Assembly: GCA_963707875.1 (NCBI GenBank)
Contig: CAVPRU010000001.1
Coordinates: 145,591 to 209,590, forward strand
Source of the DNA: an uncultured Gemmatimonadales bacterium
Lineage (GTDB): Bacteria > Gemmatimonadota > Gemmatimonadetes > Gemmatimonadales > GWC2-71-9
Length of the DNA stretch: 64,000 nucleotides
Direction of reading: 5' to 3'
Below, one piece after another: positions 25,652 through 34,576 of the stretch (positions are counted from its first letter, which is position 1; each line of letters begins with the position of its first letter). The notes beneath the pieces were generated by a model. That model did not search any database. It saw only the letters and a program-made list of their open reading frames with translations, and had not been told where the DNA came from. A program made the translations under genes and the position numbers.

Positions 25652-25946
25652 GAAGCGATGAGTCCAGGCGGATGGTCCGGGCCCGGGCCGCCAAGGCGAC
25701 TGGCTCGGTCTCGGACTGGCGCAGGAGGGCCAGGGTGATCAGGGCATCGGCGGTCAGCAGATCAATCGCCACCGAGCGACCGGCCTCGGCGCCGCTCGCC
25801 GCCGCCAGGGCCGAGCGGGCGGCCCCGACCAGCGTGGCCACGGCGTCCGGGCCCTCGGCGAACTTGCGGTAGTACTGGACCCGACGACAGAGGGCTTCCG
25901 GCGCCCCCTCGGTCCGAGCGGCGAGCCACTCGTCGAGCGCCGTCAT
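25644..25946 (-). CDS. Hypothetical small protein (100 aa)
   Basis: The ORF is tightly coupled on both sides: an ATGA overlap with the alaS stop and an 8-nt overlap with the phosphatase start. No recognisable domain. Confidence 0.5.
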   Translation of the reverse strand: MTALDEWLAARTEGAPEALCRRVQYYRKFAEGPDAVATLVGAARSALAAASGAEAGRSVAIDLLTADALITLALLRQSETEPVALAARARTIRLDSSLRD

Positions 25947-28573
25947 TCCCCGAGCCAGTCCTTCACCAGGGCCGGGACGGCAGCCCGAGCCTCGGGCAGC
26001 CGAGCCGGATCACCCGCACCCGCCGAGGCGAAATGGGGCCGGCCACCGCCCTTGCCGCCGCTCAGCGAGGCGATCCGATTGACCAGGTCTCCGGCCTTGA
26101 GTCCGCGCTGCACCAGGTCGTCAGTCAGGGCGACGTGTACCGCTCCGCGGCCGGTCGACCCGAACAGCACCAGAACCCGTCCGGGGCCGACCGAGCGAAA
26201 CCGGTCGGCGATGCCCCCCAGCTCATCCCGATCCTCGCTGGAGGTGTCGGCCACGGTGACGGTGACCCCGTTGACCTCCAGGAGCGACTCCGACGAGACC
26301 CCAGCGGCCCCGCTGGCCATCGCTTCGGCCAACCGGGCTTCCAGCCGATCGCGCTCCGCCAGCAACTGCTCCAGCCGCCGCGCCACGTGCTCGGGTTGCG
26401 CCTTGAGGCTGGTCGCCACCTCATGGAGCCGATCCCCGAGCGATTCCACGTCCGCATAGGCACGCCGTCCCGTCACGGCTTCGATCCGCCGCACCCCGGC
26501 CGCCACGCCACCCTGCGACACGAAACGGAAGAGGCCCAGCGCACCGGTCGAGGCGACGTGGGTCCCGCCGCACAGTTCGATCGAGGCCCCCATGACCACC
26601 ACCCGGACCTTGTCACCGTACTTCTCGGTGAAGAACGCCATGGCGCCGAGTTCCAGAGCATCGGGATAGGCCATAACCCGGGTATCGACCACGTGATTGG
26701 CCCAGACCTGCTCGTTGACCTCCCGTTCGACCCGCTCGAGCTGATCCGGATCGATGGGCCCGTGATGGCTGAAGTCAAACCGGAGCCGGTCCGGATCCAC
26801 CAGGGATCCCTGCTGGCGGACGTGCTCGCCCAGGTGACGGCGAAGTGCCGCGTGTACCAGGTGGGTGGCCGAGTGGTTCCGCTCGATGTCGCGGCGGCGG
26901 GCCAGGTCGACAACGGCCTGCACCTCGCCGGGGGCGAATGTCCCGTCGAGGCTCCCGCTCACCACGGTGCCACGTTTTCCGGGAGCGACCTGATCGACCG
27001 TGAGGGTCCAGTCGTCGCTCACCACCCGACCGGTATCGCTCACCTGACCGCCCGACTCCAGGTAGAAGGGGTTCCGTTGGAGCAGCAGATCGACCCGGTT
27101 GCCCTCCTGGCGGTAGGCCAGCACGGCGGACTCGACGTCGGTCGCCTCGTAGCCGACGAACTTCTGGCGGCCGCGGTGCGCCGAGAGCCACTTTCCGCCC
27201 CGGCGCCCGACCGCCGGCCTGCCGGAGCTGGCAGCCCGCCGGGATTCCTTGCGTGCTTCGCGAGACCGCTCCCGCTGGCCGTCGAGCGCCTGTTCAAAGC
27301 CGTCCACGTCGACCGAGACGCCCCGCTCACTGGTAATCAGCTGGGTGAGGTCGATCGGAAAGCCGTAGGTGTCATAGAGCTTGAACGCTTCATCACCAGA
27401 AATCCGCTGGATCCCCGCGGCGAAGAGTTCGTCGAGCCGGCGAAGTCCGCCATCGATCGTCTCCAGGAACCGCTCCTCCTCGTTCCGGGTGACGTCGCGG
27501 ATGAACTCGGCCTTCTCCACCAGCGTCGGGTAGGCTCGGCCCATCTCGGCCACCACGATGTCGGTCAGGGGCGCCAGGGTGGGCTCTTTCCGACCCAGCA
27601 CCCAGGCATTCCGAACCCCGCGGCGCAGAATCCGTCGCAGGACGTATCCCCTCCCCTCGTTGGACGGGAACACCCCGTCGGCCAACAGGAAGGCGACCGC
27701 CCGGGCGTGGTCCGCCAGCACCCGGTAGGAGGCCCCGACCCCGTCGGCACTCCCAGGATACGGAGCCCCGACCAGTTCGCCGACCTTCTCGAGCAGGGTC
27801 CGGAACCCGTCGGTGTGGAAGTTGTCGTCCACGTCCTGCATCACCGCTGCGATTCGCTCCAGGCCCGCCCCGGTATCGACCGAGGGTTTGGGCAACGGCG
27901 TCAGGGTGCCGTCCTCCGACCGGTCGAACTGCATGAACACCAGGTTCCAGATCTCCAGAAACCGGCCCTCCTCGGCCAGTCGTTCGAACTCGGGCGCGGG
28001 AAGATCCTTCGACCGAGCTCCCTGCTCCCACTCAAGATCCACATAGATCTCCGAGCACGGTCCGCAGGGACCCGTGTCGCCCATCTGCCAGAAGTTGTCC
28101 CTGTCCCCGAGCCCGTAGATCCGGCTGTCGGGGAGATGGGCGATTTCGCGCCATAGCCGGCGGGCTTCGTCGTCAGTATGGTGGATTGTCACCCGGAGCC
28201 GGTCGGCCGGGATTCCGAGGAACTCTGGGCTGGTGACGAATTCCCACGCGAAGCGGATCGCGTCCCGCTTGAAGTAGTCGCCGAAAGAAAAGTTCCCCAG
28301 CATCTCGAAGAAGGTGTGGTGCCGCTTGGTGTGGCCCACCACCTCCAGATCGTTGTGTTTGCCTCCCGCCCGGACGCACTTCTGGACCGTCACCGCCCGT
28401 TGGTAGTCCCGGTGTTCCTGACCGAGAAAGCTGCGCTTGAACTGCACCATTCCGGCGTTGGTGAACAGCAGGGTCGGGTCGTCGGCCGGCACCAAGGAGG
28501 CCGACGGCACTTCATGGTGCCCGCGGTCGGCGAAGAACTGGATGAATCGACTGCGTATCTCGGAGGAGAGCAT
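25943..28573 (-). CDS. alaS: Alanine--tRNA ligase
   Basis: 876 aa. MLSSEIRSRFIQFFADRGHHEVPSASLVP..FTNAGMVQFK..GKHNDLE..FFEMLGNFSFGDYFK, plus the editing-domain HxxxH/CGGTHV motifs. Confidence 0.95.
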   Translation of the reverse strand: MLSSEIRSRFIQFFADRGHHEVPSASLVPADDPTLLFTNAGMVQFKRSFLGQEHRDYQRAVTVQKCVRAGGKHNDLEVVGHTKRHHTFFEMLGNFSFGDYFKRDAIRFAWEFVTSPEFLGIPADRLRVTIHHTDDEARRLWREIAHLPDSRIYGLGDRDNFWQMGDTGPCGPCSEIYVDLEWEQGARSKDLPAPEFERLAEEGRFLEIWNLVFMQFDRSEDGTLTPLPKPSVDTGAGLERIAAVMQDVDDNFHTDGFRTLLEKVGELVGAPYPGSADGVGASYRVLADHARAVAFLLADGVFPSNEGRGYVLRRILRRGVRNAWVLGRKEPTLAPLTDIVVAEMGRAYPTLVEKAEFIRDVTRNEEERFLETIDGGLRRLDELFAAGIQRISGDEAFKLYDTYGFPIDLTQLITSERGVSVDVDGFEQALDGQRERSREARKESRRAASSGRPAVGRRGGKWLSAHRGRQKFVGYEATDVESAVLAYRQEGNRVDLLLQRNPFYLESGGQVSDTGRVVSDDWTLTVDQVAPGKRGTVVSGSLDGTFAPGEVQAVVDLARRRDIERNHSATHLVHAALRRHLGEHVRQQGSLVDPDRLRFDFSHHGPIDPDQLERVEREVNEQVWANHVVDTRVMAYPDALELGAMAFFTEKYGDKVRVVVMGASIELCGGTHVASTGALGLFRFVSQGGVAAGVRRIEAVTGRRAYADVESLGDRLHEVATSLKAQPEHVARRLEQLLAERDRLEARLAEAMASGAAGVSSESLLEVNGVTVTVADTSSEDRDELGGIADRFRSVGPGRVLVLFGSTGRGAVHVALTDDLVQRGLKAGDLVNRIASLSGGKGGGRPHFASAGAGDPARLPEARAAVPALVKDWLGE

Positions 28574-28643
28574 GGCTGGAAATATAACGCCTGACGTGAG
28601 TTACGGCCCCTCTGCCATGGCGTGGCGGCGGCAAACCCGGGCG

Positions 28644-29261
28644 TCAGGTCCCGACCACTTCGCGGACCATCTCCCGAACCGTCGTGCCCCGGTAGCCGCG
28701 CCGTGCCAGAAAGGCGGTGACCCGGCGAATTCGGTCCGGCCGGGGAAGGTGCTGCAACTGGCCTGCCCGCTTCCGGGCCAGGCTGACGATCCGCTCGTCC
28801 ACCGCCTCGTCCGACACCACCTCCGCCAGCAATCGATCGGTCACCGCGGTGGGGATGCCGGCCTGGGCCAGTTCCAGGCGGAGCCGGGCGGGGCCCCGCC
28901 CCCGGGCAAATCGGGTCTCGATGAAGTGCCGCGCGTGTTGCTCGTCATCCATGAGACCCGCGGCAGTGGCCCGGGCGATCGCCTGCTCGGCGGCCTCCGG
29001 GGGATGGCCCTTCTGGACCAGCCGCCGACAGAGATCCCGACTGGCGAACGACCGTCGTTCCAGGCAGCGGAGCGCGGTGCGATAGGCGGCCACCGCGTCG
29101 GCCTCCCGGCCAAGGACCCCCCGATGCTCCTCGGTCAGCGCGGTGCCGGCCACCAGGCCCAGCCGGTCAATGAGTTCGGCGGGCACGGTCAGGTACGGCT
29201 CCTCATCCACAAACACCCGAGCCACCCCCGGTCGCCGGTCATCAAGGGCGATCCGGGTCAC
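28644..29261 (-). CDS. recX: Recombination regulator RecX
   Basis: Conserved part: ITRIALDDRRPGVARVFVDEE..AAYRTALRCLERRSFASRDLCRRLVQKGH..ARRGY. Candidate starts are GTG 29261 or ATG 29288/29291, the latter two overlapping the recA end. The track start 29699 is an over-extension through recA. Confidence 0.8.
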   Translation of the reverse strand: MTRIALDDRRPGVARVFVDEEPYLTVPAELIDRLGLVAGTALTEEHRGVLGREADAVAAYRTALRCLERRSFASRDLCRRLVQKGHPPEAAEQAIARATAAGLMDDEQHARHFIETRFARGRGPARLRLELAQAGIPTAVTDRLLAEVVSDEAVDERIVSLARKRAGQLQHLPRPDRIRRVTAFLARRGYRGTTVREMVREVVGT

Positions 29262-29277
29262 CAGGGACCCTGCCGAG

Positions 29278-30357
29278 CTACTCCTCATCATCGCTGACGT
29301 CAGGCTCCTCGGCCCCGGCGCCGTTCGACTCGACCCCGCCCTTGATCCCGAGGAACTCCTTGACCCGGACCTCGACCTCGGCAGCGACCTCGGGGTTGTC
29401 CTTGAGGAAGAGCTTGGCGTTCTCACGTCCCTGGCCAATCCGCTGCTCGCCGTAGCTGTACCAGGCCCCGGACTTCTGGATGATGTTGGCCTCCGAGGCG
29501 ATGTCCACCAGGAGTGAAGTGTGGCTGATGCCCTCGTCGAACATGACGTCGAACTCTGCCTGCTTGAAGGGCGGCGCCACCTTGTTCTTGACCACTTTGA
29601 CCCGGACCCGACTGCCGACGATGTTCTCCCGGTCCTTGACTGGGCCGATCCGCCGGATGTCGAGCCGGAGTGACGCGTAGAACTTGAGCGCCTTGCCACC
29701 GGTGGTGGTCTCGGGGTTCCCGAACATGACCCCGATCTTTTCCCGCAGCTGATTGATGAACACCACCGACGCCTTGGACCGGTTGATCGAGCCGGCCAGC
29801 TTCCGGAGCGCCTGACTCATGAGCCGGGCCTGGAGCCCAACATGGCTGTCGCCCATGTCGCCCTCGATTTCGGCCTTGGGCACCAGAGCGGCCACCGAGT
29901 CGATCACGATCAGGTCGACCGCGCCGGAACGGACTAGAATCTCGACGATCTCCAGCGCCTGCTCGCCGGTATCGGGCTGGGAGACCAGCAGGTTGTCCAC
30001 GTCCACCCCGAGCTTCCGGGCGTAATCCACATCGAGGGCGTGCTCCGCATCTACATAAGCGGCGACCCCCCCGGCCCGCTGCACGTTGGCGGCGAGGTGC
30101 AGCGTCAGGGTGGTCTTGCCGGAGGACTCAGGACCGTAGATCTCGGTAATTCGGCCCCGGGGCACCCCCCCCACCCCGGTGGCCGCGTCCAGATTGATGG
30201 CCCCGGTCGGAATCGCGGAAATCTTTTCCCGCGGCGAATCAGATCCCATCCGCATGATGGAACCGCGACCGAGCTGCTTTTCGATCTGGGCGATGGCGAG
30301 GCCCAAGGCCTTCTTCCGCTCGCCGTCCGCCTTGGTTTCGCTGGTGGCAGTTGCCAT
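29278..30357 (-). CDS. recA: Recombinase RecA
   Basis: [76 protein letters not shown] 30357 is preceded by AGAGGA. Confidence 0.95.
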   Translation of the reverse strand: MATATSETKADGERKKALGLAIAQIEKQLGRGSIMRMGSDSPREKISAIPTGAINLDAATGVGGVPRGRITEIYGPESSGKTTLTLHLAANVQRAGGVAAYVDAEHALDVDYARKLGVDVDNLLVSQPDTGEQALEIVEILVRSGAVDLIVIDSVAALVPKAEIEGDMGDSHVGLQARLMSQALRKLAGSINRSKASVVFINQLREKIGVMFGNPETTTGGKALKFYASLRLDIRRIGPVKDRENIVGSRVRVKVVKNKVAPPFKQAEFDVMFDEGISHTSLLVDIASEANIIQKSGAWYSYGEQRIGQGRENAKLFLKDNPEVAAEVEVRVKEFLGIKGGVESNGAGAEEPDVSDDEE

Positions 30358-30449
30358 TTCCGTCCTCTGGTCTAAAAGTGATTGTTTTTGCAACACATCG
30401 GTACCGCCAGTACACGATAACCCGAAGATTGGCCGAACACAAGTGCCAC

Positions 30450-30854
30450 TTAGACACTTTCACGCCATGCGTCCTCCAAGTGACTCAATCGAGGGCAACC
30501 GGGGGCCAGCTCCACCGAGACCAGGTCGAACCGGTATTGGTCCCCCGGCCGCCCATGCTCCCGGCTCCACCACCGGGCCCCCAGGGCCAGGGCCCGGCGC
30601 TTCTTCCAGCCGATCGCCTCCCCCGGGGTGCCGTGGCGGCTCCCTCGCCTGGTCTTGACCTCCACAAAGGCCACCAGGCGGCCGCGCCGGATGACCAAGT
30701 CCAGATCATGGCGGCCAAAGCGGTACCGGTGGGCCTCGATCGTCCACCCTCGGGCAGCCAACCAAGTCAGGGCGACAAGTTCGCCTTGGACCCCGGTCTG
30801 CTGGCGGGGGTCGCGAAACTCCTCGAACGGAACCCGGGGACGTCTCGGCGCCAT
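30450..30854 (-). CDS. yraN: YraN family (UPF0102) endonuclease-like protein
   Basis: [53 protein letters not shown]. Start taken at ATG 30854. Confidence 0.8.
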   Translation of the reverse strand: MAPRRPRVPFEEFRDPRQQTGVQGELVALTWLAARGWTIEAHRYRFGRHDLDLVIRRGRLVAFVEVKTRRGSRHGTPGEAIGWKKRRALALGARWWSREHGRPGDQYRFDLVSVELAPGCPRLSHLEDAWRESV

Positions 30855-30991
30855 GGCCCAGGCTAGCGCTTCCCTGTCCCGCCCGGGTACCAAAGCCACG
30901 CCCGTCAGGGCGAAACCCCAGACCACCGCGACTCGGGTTGACTCTGCTTCCCGTCAACCACTTCATTCGGCTTCCATCACCCCAGGCCTCC

Positions 30992-32284
30992 ATGACGCTC
31001 CCGGTTGCCAGCGACAACCTGACCCCCGAAGCCCGGGCCCTCCGTCCTTCCGCCACCTTGGCCATCAATGAGCTGAGCGCCGACCTCGTCCGGCAGGGTC
31101 GGACCGTCTATCGGCTGGGACTGGGTCAGTCCCCCTTCCCGGTGCCACCGACCGTGGTCGAGTCACTGCGGCGACACGCGCCCGAGAAGGACTACCTGCC
31201 GGTCCGTGGCCTCCCTGCCCTCCGCCAGGCGGTGACCGGGCACGTGGAGCGCTACACCGGGCTCCACTTCGACCCGGCGTTGGTCCAGGTAGGACCCGGA
31301 TCCAAGGAGCTGATCTTCCTCACTCAGTTGATTCTCAACGTGGAACTCATCCTGCCCAGCCCCTCCTGGGTTTCCTATGAGCCCCAGGGGATCCTGGCCG
31401 GCCGGAAGATCGTCTGGCTCGATACCACCCGGACGGACCGGTGGAACCTCCGGCCCGAGGTGTTGGAGAACTGGTGTGCCGCCAGCGTCCCGCGCCGGCG
31501 CCTGCTGATCCTCAACTACCCCAATAACCCCAGCGGGGCGACCCTGGACGAGGCCACCATTCGTCAGCTGGCGGAAGTGGCCCGAAGGTACGGGGTGCTG
31601 ATCATCTCCGATGAGATCTATGGCCTGGTGGATCACCTGGGGGGCCATGCCAGCATCGCCCGGCACTACCCCGAGGGCACCATCGTCAGTACCGGGCTCA
31701 GCAAGTGGTGTGGCGCGGGCGGGTGGAGACTCGGGGCCATGTTGTTCCCCCGGGAGCTCAGCTGGCTGGCCGATGCGCTCGCCGCGACGGCCAGCGAGAC
31801 CTTCACCACGGTAAGCGCCCCGATCCAGTACGCCGGGGTCACCGCCTTCCAGGGTGGGCCAGAGATCGATGACTACTTGCACCACTCGCGCCGGATCCTG
31901 CGAGCGGTGGGCCGATGGTGCGCCGCTACCCTGCGGGCCGGCGGACTCGCCGCGGACGATCCCGAGGGAGGGTTCTACCTCCTCCCCGACGCCGAGGCCT
32001 TTGCGCCGGCGCTGGCCAGGCGCGGCATCAGGGACAGTGCCGGCATGGTCAACCGAATTCTGGCCGACACCGGGGTGGCTCTGCTCCCGGGATCGGTCTT
32101 TGGCCGTCCTCCCGAGGAGCTGACCTTCCGACTGTCCTACGTGGACTTCGACGGCGCCGCCGCCCTCGCGGCCAGTGCCGCCAGCGCTGAGAACGCGCTC
32201 GGAGAGTCGTTCCTCCTCCAACATGCCCCGCGCGTCGTGACCGCGATGCACGCCCTGACCTCCTGGTTCCCCGAGGCCACCTGA
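30992..32284 (+). CDS. Pyridoxal-phosphate-dependent aminotransferase (class I/II)
   Basis: NYPNNPSGATL..SDEIYGLV..STGLSKWCGAGGWRLG (PLP-Lys context). Start taken at ATG 30992 rather than the track's TTG 30938. Confidence 0.85.
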   Translation: MTLPVASDNLTPEARALRPSATLAINELSADLVRQGRTVYRLGLGQSPFPVPPTVVESLRRHAPEKDYLPVRGLPALRQAVTGHVERYTGLHFDPALVQVGPGSKELIFLTQLILNVELILPSPSWVSYEPQGILAGRKIVWLDTTRTDRWNLRPEVLENWCAASVPRRRLLILNYPNNPSGATLDEATIRQLAEVARRYGVLIISDEIYGLVDHLGGHASIARHYPEGTIVSTGLSKWCGAGGWRLGAMLFPRELSWLADALAATASETFTTVSAPIQYAGVTAFQGGPEIDDYLHHSRRILRAVGRWCAATLRAGGLAADDPEGGFYLLPDAEAFAPALARRGIRDSAGMVNRILADTGVALLPGSVFGRPPEELTFRLSYVDFDGAAALAASAASAENALGESFLLQHAPRVVTAMHALTSWFPEAT

Positions 32285-32286
32285 TC

Positions 32287-33951
32287 ATGCGACGGACCGT
32301 GCTCCTGCTCCTTCTGGCAACCGCCGCCTGTCGCGACCCGCATGAGGGGGTGGTCGCTTCGGCCTCGCCGGAAGCCACTCAGGCCGGGGTGGAGATCCTC
32401 AACGCAGGCGGCAACGCGATCGACGCCGCCATCGCCGTCGGTTTTGCCCTCGCGGTAACCGAACCGGCGATGTCCGGGCTGGGCGCCGGCATTCAGATGA
32501 TCATTCAGGCTCCGGGTCGCGAGCCGTACGTCATCAATGGGACCTCCCTGGCCCCCGCGGCGACACCCACCGCCATCGGCAATCCCGATTCGGTCCTGCA
32601 GGGCCACCGCGCCACCACCATCCCTATGACGGTGGCGACCCTCGACCACGCGCTCCGGACCCATGGCAGTGGGAACATCTCCTGGGCCCGGGCCATGGCC
32701 CCAGCGATCCGGCAGGCTCGGGACGGCTTCGTGGTCGGGGAGTTCCGAGCCAGGGTCTTCGCCCGGCACCAGGCGGATCTGGCAGCCAGCCCAACGGCTC
32801 GTGCCCTGTTCCTGAAGCCCGATGGGACGGCCCCGACAGTGGGCGATACCGTGCGCCAACCGGTACTGGCTCGCACCCTCGCCCGGATCGCCCAGGACGG
32901 CGCCGAGACCTTCTACCGGGGGTCCATGGCTCTGGAAATTGCGGGCGACATGGCCGCCAACGGCGGGTGGATCACCCTGGAGGATCTGGAGGCGGTCCGG
33001 GGTCCCCGGGAACTGGCGGCGATCCAATCGAGCTATCGCGGGTTTGACATCGCCTCGCTGGGCTCCCCCGCGGCGGGGTGGGTGGTGCTCCAAGCCCTCA
33101 ACGTCCTGGAGCAGAGTCCGGCCGACGAGCTGGCCCCCGGGGCCAGCGTTCGACCGGACCGACTGGTCGAGGCACTTCTGATTGCCCACACCTCGCGGCG
33201 GGACAACCCGATCATTGAGCTGCCCAACCTCCGGATCGAGGCGGGGCGCCGCATCGCCAAGTCGGAGGCGCGACGTCTCCTCGAGGCCCTGCGGAGCCGG
33301 TTCGGTGGTGGGCCGGCTCGCCCGGCAGAACCGAGCGACTCTGCCGGTGGGGGGGAGACGACTCACTACACGGTGGTGGACGGGGCCGGGATGATCGTGT
33401 CGGTGACGACCAGCATCAACGGCTATTTCGGAGCGCAGGTGGCCACCCCGACGCTGGGGTTTCTCTACAACGACTACATGCGGGAATTCGAACTTGCTCG
33501 GCCTGATCACCCATTCGCCATCGGGCCGGGACGCATGCCCTACAGTTCAATGAGCGCGAGCATTGTTTCCAGAGCCGGGGTTCCGGTGCTGGGGCTTGGC
33601 AGTCCGGGAAGCGCCCGGATCATTTCGGCCGTTACCCAGGTGATCCAACTCTGGGTGGACGGCGAAGGGAAGATCCAGGAGGCGGTGGCGATGCCACGCT
33701 ACCACGTCCAGCCGCCCGGAAGCCTCTACATCGAGGACCCGGCCGCGGTGACCGCGGCGTTCGCCCTGGAGTCCAAATTCGGGCTTCGGCTCCGGCAACC
33801 GCCCAGCGATCTCGTGACGAATGGACGAAACGCCTACTTTGGCGGAGTGCATGCGGTCGCCCTGGAAGATGGCCGATGGGTGGGGGCGGCTGACCCGCGC
33901 CGGGACGGGACCGTCGGCCGCGCTTCCGGTCGATTTACCATTACCCGCTGA
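32287..33951 (+). CDS. ggt: Gamma-glutamyltransferase (lipoprotein signal)
   Basis: Lipobox LLATAA-C. GGNAIDAAIAVGFALAV, and the autoprocessing site GETTHYTVVDGAGMIVSVTTSIN with the catalytic Thr. Confidence 0.9.
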   Translation: MRRTVLLLLLATAACRDPHEGVVASASPEATQAGVEILNAGGNAIDAAIAVGFALAVTEPAMSGLGAGIQMIIQAPGREPYVINGTSLAPAATPTAIGNPDSVLQGHRATTIPMTVATLDHALRTHGSGNISWARAMAPAIRQARDGFVVGEFRARVFARHQADLAASPTARALFLKPDGTAPTVGDTVRQPVLARTLARIAQDGAETFYRGSMALEIAGDMAANGGWITLEDLEAVRGPRELAAIQSSYRGFDIASLGSPAAGWVVLQALNVLEQSPADELAPGASVRPDRLVEALLIAHTSRRDNPIIELPNLRIEAGRRIAKSEARRLLEALRSRFGGGPARPAEPSDSAGGGETTHYTVVDGAGMIVSVTTSINGYFGAQVATPTLGFLYNDYMREFELARPDHPFAIGPGRMPYSSMSASIVSRAGVPVLGLGSPGSARIISAVTQVIQLWVDGEGKIQEAVAMPRYHVQPPGSLYIEDPAAVTAAFALESKFGLRLRQPPSDLVTNGRNAYFGGVHAVALEDGRWVGAADPRRDGTVGRASGRFTITR

Positions 33952-33972
33952 TCAGGCGCCCCCGGACCCGGC

Positions 33973-34440
33973 TCACTCGGGCAGGACGGGGTAGTACCGG
34001 TAGGTCGGGCCCACTCGGCCACCTAGCAGTTCCGTCAGGACCAGGACGCCATTTACCAGCGGTCCCGACAGCTCCTGCGGGACAATCGCGATGCAGACCG
34101 CGCCAATGGGGCAGAGATCGATCGACATGATCCCGTCGCGCAGAACGAAGCCGTAATCCGTAACGCTGACGTCCTCGGAACCACCGGGCGTCCGGATCCG
34201 TGAGCGGATGGTGACCTGCCCTCTCAGTTCCGCTCTGTCCCACCCGTCGAACGAGCGACCGAACCAGAGGGTGCGTTCCTGCAGGACGAATCCTTCCGGG
34301 AGCCCGATTCCGGTCGGGAGCGGCTGTCCGTCGACCGAGCCGAGGGAATAGCTGGTGACCAGGTCCGATGGGCCGGTCGTATCGCCGCAGGCCAGGAGGG
34401 CGGGCAGCAGGATCAGGGAGGTCCAGGAAACGTGTCGCAT
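33973..34440 (-). CDS. Hypothetical lipoprotein (155 aa)
   Basis: Start taken at MRHVSWTSLILLPALLA-CG (lipobox, ATG 34440). The track start 34545 adds a non-hydrophobic extension. Confidence 0.6.
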   Translation of the reverse strand: MRHVSWTSLILLPALLACGDTTGPSDLVTSYSLGSVDGQPLPTGIGLPEGFVLQERTLWFGRSFDGWDRAELRGQVTIRSRIRTPGGSEDVSVTDYGFVLRDGIMSIDLCPIGAVCIAIVPQELSGPLVNGVLVLTELLGGRVGPTYRYYPVLPE

Positions 34441-34576
34441 GGTACTCTTAACTCGCATCAGTCGTGCCCGACCGGTCTGCGTGGTAACCGCTTGCGCCGC
34501 ATGAAGTCCGGGAGCGTCCGGGCCGGGGGTGAGTCGGTTTGACACGCCCTGGGTGTCCCTGGTTGGAGACTCTGGG

